DNA of 64,000 nucleotides, taken from positions 20,708,001 through 20,772,000 of the forward strand of contig OZ193909.1 of the NCBI GenBank assembly GCA_964276515.1, given 5' to 3'. Numbering within the stretch: the stretch's first letter is position 1; each line of letters opens with the position of its first letter. Positions 26,501 to 37,655 of this stretch are shown here, in pieces. The notes under the pieces are model-generated. The model did not search any database, was not told the DNA's origin, and saw only the letters and a program-made list of their open reading frames with translations. Origin of the DNA: Gordius albopunctatus (Eukaryota). Position numbers and translations under genes: made by a program.

Positions 26501-28937
26501 CTTCTTTACTTTGCCCACCTACAAATATATGTTTTGTTTAACGAGTTTGTTTATTTATTTATAAACAGACACAGAATAAAAAAAACAAAAAATAATATTG
26601 TATAAAAATTATAGCTCGTCGAAGGCATCACGGGTATCATCCTCAAAGAGCGACCAACGATCGGGCCGGCAGGGATTTGAAATTGTAAATAGCGATTAGG
26701 ATGCCCATTTTTTGTTAGAGAGCATGATTTTGTTTGACATAGAAAGCATAGACTAATAATAATACACCTGAGTGTACTTTATTAAGTAAGGGCTGTAGGC
26801 CAGGGCGTAGCTAGGGGGGAGGCCGCTCTAAATCCATAAACTCTTTGCGATTTATTAAAATTAGGCTAGAATTTCGAAAAATGATGATCATTTAGCGCCT
26901 CCTCATATCATTATTGCTCCCCCTCTAATTCCAATGCTAGCTACGCCCACGGACCTCCTTGTATGTTAGAGACGTATTTTGTTCGTCGATTTAATTAATT
27001 GCTGCTCAAGACTTTTTATGTCACAAAATCGAATAAGGGAGGGCATACAGTAAATTGCGTAACAAAGTTAGAATAGACAATTTGAAGATGAGGGTTCAAA
27101 CTAGAGCTCTGCAAGGGTGACCCGACCCGACCGGTTGAAAATTTCTAAATGCCTCCGGGTCGTGTCGGGTTGAAAACTTTTAACTTTTGGATTGGATCGG
27201 ATCGGGTTAAAAACGCATTAGTGTCGAATTTGGGTTGAGAAAATTTAAACGCTTCCGGGCCGGGTTCCGGTTAAAAAGGTGACTTTGCAGGGGTCTAGTT
27301 CAAACCCCCATCTCATCCAAACTACTACTAATTTAAATGTAACATAGACATGAAGTTTAAAAAAAACAATTTGAATCACAATCTATTTATAACTTTTTAT
27401 AACTAAATAATAACAATTGATTACGACTCTGCATAATGAATGTTAAAAGTAGGAATCAAAATTAAATTATGATATGTTTAGTAACAATTTAAATTAATTA
27501 GGCAACATTCAGTTTAAAAATGAGATCACGTAATTAATAATACTTACCAATAATGGTATTTAAATCTTGTACCCCAAATATGTCACAGTTGAGATGAGGA
27601 TTTGTGTCAGGAGTTAATATTATATTATTTTCATCTAACTCTTCTCCTATAGGAATGTATTCATCAAGGGTTTGATCGTAACAGTATTTATGGCTTGTAA
27701 CATCTTTCATTGCATAAGCTTTATTGCATTTTAAGGAATTTAGAAGGTTAGGTAAGGGTTGATGTTCATCTGTATTAACATCTGTAAAATTTGGTGTTAA
27801 TTTTGTTCTCTCTTCATAATAGGGTCTATAGCCTGCCACTATTAAAGAGGCAGTTGATAATTTACATTGCATTGTGTTATATTCTTTAGAAAATGCTTTA
27901 GCAGGATAGTATATAATGGGTGAAAGCACATCTGTTTTAGGAAAACTTGTCAAAGATGTTCTTTTTGATGTATTAGTTATATGAAATAGAGGGAGATTTA
28001 TTAAAAGCTTGATTAGTTGTGTCATTAAAGACATATCTCTTATATAGGCATGTGGCAGATATAGATGATTTAATTGGCATTTTAAATTATAAACTTTATT
28101 AATATCTTTTAAGTCAATACATGTATCAATCAAGTTCTTTATGTATAAATTATTATCATTTGTTTCATTTTGTATTAGTGAAATAATTTTGTCTGACTTA
28201 TCAATAACTTCATTTTTGTCAAACTTGAACTCATTAATTATAAAAGTGATATAGAGCAGTAGAAAGTTTTTTAACAGAATACCCTTGTTTATACAGTATC
28301 TAATCCAAGCTTTACCCAATGTGTGGGGACTTAGAACATCTTCAAACATGTTGATTTTTTCATTGACATTCATATATGCACTGAATTTTGCTATGTGTTC
28401 TAAAATTTTATAATTATTTGTTATAATTGCAAAATTAAATAGTTCATTATTTAATGTTTCACAAAAATCTTTCCCATGATTTGATAAATGTGCATTATCA
28501 TTTAGGAGCACCATATGTTTTGCTAAAGTCCAAAATTGTATATCACATATATTTGCATGATTATTCTTTTCTTGATCCTCCATAGAAATTGAATTATTTC
28601 CTGATATAAGGTCTCCGTCTTCGGTTTTCACTAGGGAAGCATTAATGTCAAAATCAATGCTAGTTTTATTCAATCCATGGAAAAATACTGCTTCTAACCC
28701 AATACACAGCTAAGATAAAAATATATTTTAAGTCCAATCTTATTATATAAAAAATCTTACCGAGTTAAGTAATTCACAAAATGGCATAATATCAAGAGAT
28801 TCAGTTTCCTTGTATCCTTCATTATTAGAGCTAAGGAATAATAATTTTAATATTTTTGTTAAATAAAATAATATAGATTCTTTCGTTTCTTTGGAAGAAT
28901 GAATAGGATCCGATATGTAAAAATGAGTAGTTGCCAT
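23534..28937 (-). CDS. PLEKHM1: PLEKHM1/Rubicon-family protein (N-terminal RUN domain, C-terminal Rubicon-homology zinc domain), multi-exon
   Basis: Phase-consistent GT-AG exons: 28937-28761, 28709-27548, 26518-about 26056, about 25708(or 25735)-25570, 25409-25245, 24973-24849, 24650-24392, 23862-23534. RUN motifs LCIGLEAVFFHGL and GKAWIRYCIN. RH motifs EKGLDLQNNTCAG..CSRSIG, CHYDGLYYCTYCH..IPARLLLNWDF, LYSVGDL, HVHCCPNC. Orthology to PLEKHM1 rather than RUBCN/DEF8 rests on the EKGLD motif plus RUN and is untested. Confidence 0.8.
23986..24103. mobile_element. Small hAT-type MITE (catgggcgtag family; relatives near 2095, 13500, 25119, 26800, 40677, 42550)
   Basis: catgggcgtag...ctaggcccatg with TSD gatgtatc/gatgtctc; intronic. 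Confidence 0.7.
27102..27297. mobile_element. hAT-type MITE in intron 2
   Basis: tagagctctgcaa...ttgcaggggtcta with perfect 8-bp TSD gttcaaac. Confidence 0.8.
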
Positions 28938-29949
28938 GTCATATGGCTATCATATGGGATCATATGGAAGATAAATTTACACCATATGCTTCCATAATGC
29001 CTGATATTCTTTTAAATACTTTAGGGAAGTACATTACACTAAAATTTTACAACTTAAGACGCCAATATCCCAGGCTCATCAGATATTTAGGTGAATTAAA
29101 TTGAGAAAGGGTTTATTAGTGGATTATGGTTACCTAGGCAATTTGACTAAAGCAACTCGAACATCGGTTACCTAGGAAAAAACTTAAGCTTTATTATTCA
29201 AGCATTCACAACTCTCACTATTCATAAATCTTAACCTTGTTATTCGACCAATTATTATAATTTAAATCTCTCGTTATTATTGACACAAGTAAACTTACTA
29301 GATGTATATAAACACAATATGTTACATAAAAGAATTCATTCTCTTGAATCATTTGGGTTATATTAAAAGTAGAAACTTATTTCTCTACAGGATAAATGCA
29401 GGCATAATTCATAAAAAAGAGTCCTGAGAACATGAAATTGAAATAGTTGTTACTTTTAAAAAAAAAAAAACATGAACTTGTACTTGTTTTTTTCAAACTG
29501 AACTATGAACTTAAAAACTTGGGAATAGAGAATGGTGGACATCAAAGTGGGTGATCGAACTGAAACACATTGAGGAGATCGCGTTCCGCTAGTAATATAA
29601 GAACCTAGATAGATACCCATAGCGGATATGAAAAGCCCCGAGCTATCTAAAGCACTAGAGCGGTGAAAAAAGTTGAAGACTGAAAGGTTGCGAGCTTACG
29701 TGTGTGTAATGATTTTGATATAGTTTAATACATTTGTTTTATTTTTCTATGTTTCTCGCGGAATTATGTTTGATTTTAATTTCTCGTATTTTTATCGCCA
29801 TTCCTTCTTATAAAAATAAATCCCCTATTCCTTTTATACTAAATCATAATTAAAATATTGATACTAATGAGTTGTCTATAATGCATATTTTATGATATTT
29901 TTACGATTTTAATTAGTTATAAAATTATTTTCTATAAACTAAGTAAGTT

Positions 29950-32900
29950 CTTAACCGAGCCAGAAATACCTTGTAGTGGTGGTTGAGCTTGTGTACTCTC
30001 GTGATCCAAGAAGCTATACCTTTGGTAGCCAAACACAATTTTTATGTTTGTTACTGGTGGGGTCACCCTATTGGCAAGGTTCTTGGTGAAGGGTCAGACT
30101 AAAATTTCTGGGCTTTTTGTGAAATGGAAGTGCTAGATTAAGCCTATCAATACGAGTGGTCAAAAGAAAAGTTTAATTCACCGAAATGACTGCATCATAA
30201 AGAATAGTAGGAAGTCAAGCACCAAAATCTAACATAGTTCCGTCAGGCTTGGAAGGCCGGGATATCAATACTCCCTCATTCCATATAAACCAAAATGTAT
30301 ACTACAACAAAGACGCAGAATGAAAAACATAGGGCGTCCCCCTTAAGCGACGCGCGCATTCTTCGCCTGGAATGTGTGGGAAATAAACAAAGGCTACCGC
30401 TCTCTCAACAAACGGAAGCGGTTAAAGACATTAGTTTGCGTAGGATAAAGTTCGGGTCATGGAATATTGGTACAGTGACTAGCAAGAGCAGAGAATTGGC
30501 AGACGTTCTAAGGAGGAGAAAAATCGATATCGCTTTTATACAAGAGACCAAATGGAAGGGCGAAAAAGCAAAATACATAGGTGACGGATACAAATTATAT
30601 TTTTACGGTACAGAAACTCACCGGAATGGCATCGGTATAGTTCTATCGGAAGCAAACTGTCGTCGACGTTAAAAGAATCAATGACAGAATTATGGCGATA
30701 CAGCTTTGTTATAAATCTACTACGATAAACGTTATATCAGCATACGCCCCTCAAAGTGGATGCTCTGAGACGGAAAAAGAGTCTTTTTGGAAGGAGCTTG
30801 AAAATGTTCTATCCCAATTCGGTAAAGAAGGAATAATAATTATCGGAGCGGACCTCAATGGTGACGTGGGAAAATCAAGGGGAGGATTTGAAAGAAATCA
30901 CGGTGGTCGGGGTTACGGCCTAAGAAATGAAGGAGGTACGGAAATTCTAGAAATTGCTCAAGCTTTTGACCTAGCTATAGGAAATACCTTCTTCAAAAAG
31001 AGACAGGAACATCTTATAACGTACAAAAGCGGCAGCCGTACCACTCAGATAGATTTCTTTCTAGTCAACAGAGTGCACTTAAAGTATGTTCAAAATGCTA
31101 AGGTAATACCGAGTGAAATATTGGCCTGCCAACACAAGCTGTTGGTGATGGACTTTATATTAAAGGGCCTTAAAGGGCAGAAGGTACAAAGAGTAGCCGC
31201 TACTATACAATAGAGGAAACTAAAGGATAATATTCAATATTTTCAGGAACAAGTAATTAAACATGCTGAATTTAAGGGAAATACTTCATGTGAGGATCAA
31301 TGGAATGATATAGCTGCCACAATGCGAAAAGCGGGACGACAAATACTAGGTGAAAGCAAGCTGGTGGTGGAATGAAGAAGTGCAAAAATGTATCAAGGAA
31401 AAGAAGAGATTGTACAAAGTTTGGTATAAAAGCAAGGATGGTAAAAATGATAAGCAAGCTTACCAAGTAGCTAAAAGATCGACTAAAAAATTCGTAGCGA
31501 AAGCTAAAAACAAGGTGTACGACGATATAAATGTAAAACTAAACTCAAAGGAAGGAGATAGATTTATCTACAAAATCGCAAAGTCAAGGGCCCGAAATTC
31601 TAAAGAATACCTAGAATGCCGGCTAATTAAGGGTAAAAAGGGAGAAATACTAACGCACGACAGCCATATACTACAAAGATGGTACGAGTATTATAGCGAT
31701 TTATCAATTGAAAAGGGGCCCGTAGTCGAAGACACTAACGAGGAAAATACAATAGGAGAATTAAACACAGCGGACTGGATCACGGAAACGGAAGTGAAAG
31801 TTGCTATGGGTAAACTAAAGTCAGGAAAAGCTCTTGGACCCGACAATATACCAATAGAGGGCTTCAAAGCGTTAGGCAATACTGGTGCACAAATCCTCGC
31901 CAACCTTTTCAACAATATCTTGAAAACGGGTAAAATGCCTGACGAGTGGAGGGATAGCTACATGATCCCGATATACAAGATGAAAGGGGACATTCAGGAT
32001 TGCAACAATTACAGAGGGATAAAGCTTATGAGTCACACTTTCAAGGTGTGGGAAAAAGTGATCGAAAAACGGCTTCGGAGTATGGTTCAAATTCGAGATA
32101 ACCAATTCGGATTTATGCCTGAGAGGTCTACAGCAGACGCTCTAAACAGTGTTAGAAGATTAATGGAACGGTTTAAAGAAAGGGAAGAGGATTTGCACAT
32201 GTGTTTCATCGATCTTGAAATAGCGTTCGATAAAGTTCCTCGTAATTTAGTTTGGAAATGTCTTGAAGAAAGCAATGTGCCAGAAGCATACGTTAGAGCA
32301 ATAAAGGATATGTACAAGGGAAATAGAACGTATGTTAGAACAACGGTGGGGACTACAAAGGGCTTCGCCATTAATACTGGAGTCCATCAAGGTTCGGCTC
32401 TTAGTCCCTTCCTATTCATAATGATAATGGATAATATTACCAAGGATTTGGGCGAGGAAGCTCCTTGGGCAATGATCTTTGCAGACGATATAATTCTCTG
32501 TGCCAAAAGTGAACAAGAATTGGCTAATACCGTAAATAGATGGGTAAATGCAATAGAAGATAGTGGTCTCAGGGTAAATCGAAAGAAAACAGAATACATC
32601 AAGACAAAGTTTAAATCGGATGAAAACCAGCAAAGTGCAACCCTTACTTTAGGCGATTGGCAACTTACAAGTGTGGATTCCTTCAAATATTTAGGATCAA
32701 CACTTCAATCGGATGGTGGAATGGATAAAGAAATCCAAGCAAGGATAAATTCCGGATGGCTCAAGTGGAGGGACTTGACAGGTGTTCTGTGCGACAAAAA
32801 CATCCCGAGAAGACTGAAAGGCGCACTGTATAAATCCATCATACAGCCAAGAGTCCTGTATAGCTCGGAATCATGGGCTATACGTAAAAGATACGAGCAA

Positions 32901-33282
32901 CGTCTTGCGACCATGGAGATGAGAATGCTAAGATGGGTGCTAGGGGTAAGCAAAAAGGACCATAGGCGAAATGATGAAATAAGAAGAATTTTGGGTACTA
33001 CATCAATTGCGACAAAGCTCTTAACAAATAGACTAAGATGGTATGGCCATGTCGAAAGAAGGGACGATAGCTACGTAGGAAAGAAAATCGAGATGATAAA
33101 TTTCGCAGGAAAACGAAAGAGAGGAAGACCCAAGCTTACCTGGATTCATAAAATACGGCATGATATGAAAGTCCACATGATAAAGAAAGATCTATGTAAA
33201 CATAGAAACAAATGGAAACGAATGCTGAAAGGACTGACCACCAGCCTAGGTGACAAGCAGTCATAGAAGGAAGAAGAAGAAG
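29950..33282 (+). mobile_element. Full-length RTE-clade non-LTR retrotransposon (second family), lightly disrupted
   Basis: 14-bp TSD aaactaagtaagtt (29936-29949 and 33283-33296); APE (SWNIGT, IQETKW, ADLNG, TQIDF); RT 31350-33266 (GVHQGSALSP, FADD); (GAA)n tail. Confidence 0.95.
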
Positions 33283-34094
33283 AAACTAAGTAAGTTATGA
33301 TTTTAATTTATTCACCTAATAAACTGATTAAAAATATTTCTTCCTAGAATCGATTTATTTAAGGTCGTTTAGCATGCATTGCTTATCTTTAATTCTTACG
33401 AATCCCTTTAAAGTAGCAGAACGTTAAAAAATTAGCAAAATGGTGGGGGGAGGGGGGGGGGTGCAAAGCATTTATTTTAAATTGTACTACATAAGAGCAT
33501 AAATCTAATTGTGATTTAATTTAATATAAAATTAGTCAAACCTAACTTAAAATTTATTCTTAACATAAATTATTATATATAATATCAATTATTTGGGGGA
33601 AAAAATATATTGCTACCTCTAACATAAATTCAATTTCACCATATCAAAAAACATATGTTAAGTCCTGACAAATCTTGATGAATGAGTTCTGACGAAATTA
33701 ACTGTTATGTCTCTGCTACTTTGACAGGGTTCCATTCTTACCACAAGTTTACTATGTTTCCCGCGGAGACTTTTAAAATGTCATTTGTTCTAGCCATTTG
33801 TATCTCAGTCCCCCTATTGTTCTTTAAACATTATCCCCGAACATTCTTATATTCAATATCGCATTTTTAAACTCTAGGACTAAATTTCTCCGGGTAATAA
33901 ACGTTCCTTTTCTTACCTTTTTAACATATTAGGTTTCAATCTTAGCCAAGTATTTCTTGCAACGTGAATTGCTATTGCACTTAGATACCTAATCGGAGGG
34001 CGTTAAATCTGGGAACAGAGACTAAAATTAAACCCTATCTCCTAGCTCAAAACAATGCATCCACATTTTACATTAGTTATTGTTTTATGATAAA

Positions 34095-34989
34095 CTAGCT
34101 GTGCCCGGCCAAGCGTTGCTTTGGCTCAGTCCTAAGGTATTTCGGGAATCTGAAAAAGCTATTTTACCCCTGGCCGCCCTGGGAACCTACGGGTAAAGTT
34201 TCAACCGAATTGGGCCGATAGTTTCAGAATTTATCCCTTTTTTAAAACTAATAGGAATTTTACGATTCTGCAAAATCTATTAATTTAAATTTTATTTATT
34301 TAATTTGAATAGTTGATTAAACCCCAATAATTTTGACCGTATACTGTAACATTTTTATTATACTTTTAAATATCTAATTCGAGAAAACTTCAGCCTTGTA
34401 TATATGACGTCATTATTGTATATGCTGCTATAAATTTTTTTTTATTTATATGTTGTTTATTTGAACGCAAGAACATTATAAAAACGAAGTGTCAACATTC
34501 GAGAAATATAAATTATGATTCAAAAATGTCGCATGTGTCATCTTGTAAAAGTGGCCAACTGTCGGCCAGAGATTTAAAATTGTACTTTGCTATAAAAATA
34601 CCAATTTTTTGTTCAAGTAAAAATTAGTGGAATATTTAGAAGGCGGGCAGCGGCGGCTGATTCCTTTAAAAAGTAAACTGGCCGGGAAATGTGCGATATT
34701 TTTAAAACGAAAAAGTATTTTAGGATTCTGAAAAAGCTATTTTACCCGTGGCATCCCTGGGCATCTACGGATAAATTTTCGCGCGAATCGGGCCGGTAGT
34801 TTTAGAATTAAGCCATTTTTTAAAACTAAAAGGCCCATATTTTTCAAACTAAAAGGAATTTTAGGATTCTTAAAAAGTTATTTTACCCCTGGCCGCCCTG
34901 GGCATCTATGGTTAAATTTTCACGCGAATCGGGCTGGTAGTTTCAGAATTTAGCCCTTACATAGATATCCTTGACATTTTATTAAGTGA
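34095..34989 (-). mobile_element. Non-autonomous Helitron with internal repeats and a decayed CRE 3' fragment
   Basis: On the minus strand it starts A|TC at 34989 and ends gccgggcacagCTAG|T at 34095. Three copies of an about 100-bp unit; 34420-34700 resembles 35750-36020. Confidence 0.65.
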
Positions 34990-35193
34990 TTGCCACATTT
35001 TACAGTATCTCGCAATCGCAAGATGTCATATGACGTCTTTTTTAAGTGCCAAAACGTATAAAACAAAAAAACCTGACCCCTCGAGAACTAATGTACCGAT
35101 TTGGCTCGAATAAATCTTAAAACATGCTCACTGCGAAAATTTTGAGTCAAGGTCTGGTTGTGTTCCAAAATTGGTGGCGGCCTATATACACAC

Positions 35194-35619
35194 CAGAGAC
35201 CAGATTTGCCTGGCCCGGCCCGCTGCCCGACAGGCCCACGGGGAACTGTCCTGAATTTTAACTTTCGGGCGGGCCCGGGCGCGCACCATAACAAGATTTG
35301 GGCTATTCGGGCCCAATTTTCTTTATAAAACAATGTATTATATTGTTTTTGTGTATATTTTGCCACTTTTTTAATTGATTTCATAATGTTTGTTAATCCT
35401 AGTTCTCATTTAAAAATAAATCAAAAATTAAGATAAAATTTTTAAAAAATATAACGATATTAGTGCTAAAATTTTTAAAACACACCATTTCGGACAGCTA
35501 GGATAATTCGGGCATTGCCGGGCGGACATATAGAAGGGTTCGGGCGGGCTCGGGCGAGCAAATTAAATATAAAATCGGGCCGGGTTCTGACAGAAAAATT
35601 CAAACAAATCTTACCTCTG
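35194..35619. mobile_element. hAT-type MITE (copied at about 52936-53352)
   Basis: cagagaccagatttg / caaatcttacctctg termini, GCCCG repeats, imperfect 8-bp TSD atacacac/atacagat. Confidence 0.65.
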
Positions 35620-35689
35620 ATACAGATACACAGTTTCATTTTTATATATAAGATTTGCTTTAAGCTATAAATGTGATAGAAACTTAAAA

Positions 35690-36225
35690 TACAACACTAC
35701 ATAAAATAGCTGTCGGCATTCTATTTAATATTAATATGCGTGCCTAACTTTTTTTTAAATTATAATATTGTTTATTTGAAGGTAAGAACATTATAAAAAC
35801 GAAGTGTTAAAATTCGAGAAATACAAGAGCGGGTATAAAACAAAATAAAAAAAAATATAATTAAAAAGCATCGCATGTGTCATCTAATATAAGTGGCCAG
35901 ATGTCGGTCAAGGATTTAAAATTATACTCTGCGATAAAGATACCATTTTTTGTTTAAGTAAAAAATTTGTGGAACATTTAGAGGGCGGACAGCGACGGCT
36001 GATATCTTTAAAAAGCTTGATGGCGTCAGGACCAAAAGTCCTAGAACACGAGGCAAAGATATTAGAGGGTAGGGGGGCCTTGTATTTTACCGTTTTGCTG
36101 TGTTCGGCGAGGGTCATAGCATTGTAGTTCTGGTTAGAGAGGGCGAAAATGTCTATGCAGGTAAAATCCCATTTAAGGGGTAGACCATTTTGCCAAGGGA
36201 TGAGAGTCGGGGTTGATTATTTCCT
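35690..36225 (-). mobile_element. 5'-truncated CRE-clade retrotransposon 3' end
   Basis: Encodes PWQNGLPLKWDFTCIDIFA...FASCSRTFG, homologous to 50190-50250 and 56378-56600. Confidence 0.7.
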
Positions 36226-36822
36226 GTCTATTTTTAAGAAATTTTGGAGCGATCCTTAGGGAACACGATGACAAGTAGAGGTTGTAGAACGAGTACAAGG
36301 CGTTTTTCATGATTCTTATAGAGTCGAGACCGGGAATATTATTGTATAGGGGACAATCCGCATTCCGTAATCTAATTAAAGCATCATTTCGACACATGTC
36401 CAACAATACCTTATCGCGATGGTATACCTATCTATACCAGGTCACACAAAATAGGGTAATCATACTTGATTATTCCACACGGTTTTCTAGTTTAGAATAA
36501 ATTTAAAGAAAGACTACTAAATGTAATAACGCACAATTTATATGGTAATAAGCCGTAAATTAAAAATATTACGCATTAAAATTACGAGAAGTTATAGCAA
36601 TATAAAGTTCAGGGCGGTCATTATTACTTTGTAGAGTTTGAAATCCCAATTGGGCAAATGTCTGGCGGGAATAATTTAGCTTTCGGTGAGGTGGCAATAG
36701 TAGAGACCATCGTAATGGCATACCCTGTATTCTGTTCCGAACCCTGGCAGGCGTCATCAAACTATATGTAATAAGCAATTGTTGAAAATGAAATTAATAA
36801 ATAGAAATGTTGGCTAAGACGA
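36226..36822 (-). pseudogene. Degenerate RH-domain exons of PLEKHM1-like paralog B, downstream of the viral insert
   Basis: DMCRNDALIRLRNADCPLYNNIPGLDSIRIMKNALYSFYNLYLSSCSLR matches 24450-24650; 36620-36745 matches 24849-24973 with a frameshifting deletion. Confidence 0.88.
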
Positions 36823-36833
36823 AAGGAACTTAC

Positions 36834-37655
36834 GTTTGGAGATGCAAGATTAATCAAGACCTATAATGTTCCGGTTTCTGGCATTACCACTGACGCTAGA
36901 TTGCGTGATGTGTTCATGTTGGAACCGGATGTTATGAAGACCATTACAATCTTGTTCTGAAAAACGCAAGTGTCCTAAGTCCACAAGCGATAAAACCCAT
37001 CCACACCTGTTTTTGTACCAATCTAGCCCATGTCTAAGTTCATGTATTGACATGTGTCGTAGATATGCTGCTGACGTAGGTAAATACTTGGCTTCAAAAT
37101 TCCCCTTGAACCACTACTCAGTGACCTTGGGTATCGAGTGGTTGACCCAATTAACCACTTTACAATGGTACACATGGTCTAATATTTTTCGGTCGTCTGA
37201 AGCGTTGAAGGGAAATAGGTCGTAACCAAAAAGTGATCGTGAGAAAGGAGCGTTTAGTAATCAGCGCTTGTCGGTGTCCGATGTCACATAGTAGGCAGTC
37301 ATGTTAAGGTGACGAAGGTACACCGCATAAGCCGTCATGACCCATCTCTGATTACATATTCCTACCGCCCTGCATGTATTCTACGGTGTCTGACATCAAA
37401 CAATATATTATCGCACGTAGTAAAATCAGCTATGTTATACACCCCTGAAGCCGCGTCTGCATGTCGTAAGTAGCCTGGTATATTGGATAATTCCTCTATT
37501 GCCCTGGCGCGGGAGTTGTGTTCACTACCTCGGACACTGTGAGACCGTCTATCACTAGAGGGGAGGTTATATCGTTCAGGATTGTGAGTGACTTCAATTG
37601 GTCGACAAAGTCGGTCCCTGGTAATTGTGCCCGATCCCAGTCTACGTGAAAATCC
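36834..37655 (-). pseudogene. Truncated, disrupted N-terminal region of the totivirus-like polymerase ORF
   Basis: The -1 frame is open from the slippery site for about 96 codons to a TAG near 37361. After a frameshift it reads AVYLRHLNMTAYYV...SRSLFGYDLFPF...SAAYLRHMSIHELRHG with TGA (about 37261) and TAG (about 37115). No catalytic RdRp motifs remain, so the assignment rests on position and recalled N-terminal similarity. Confidence 0.6.
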
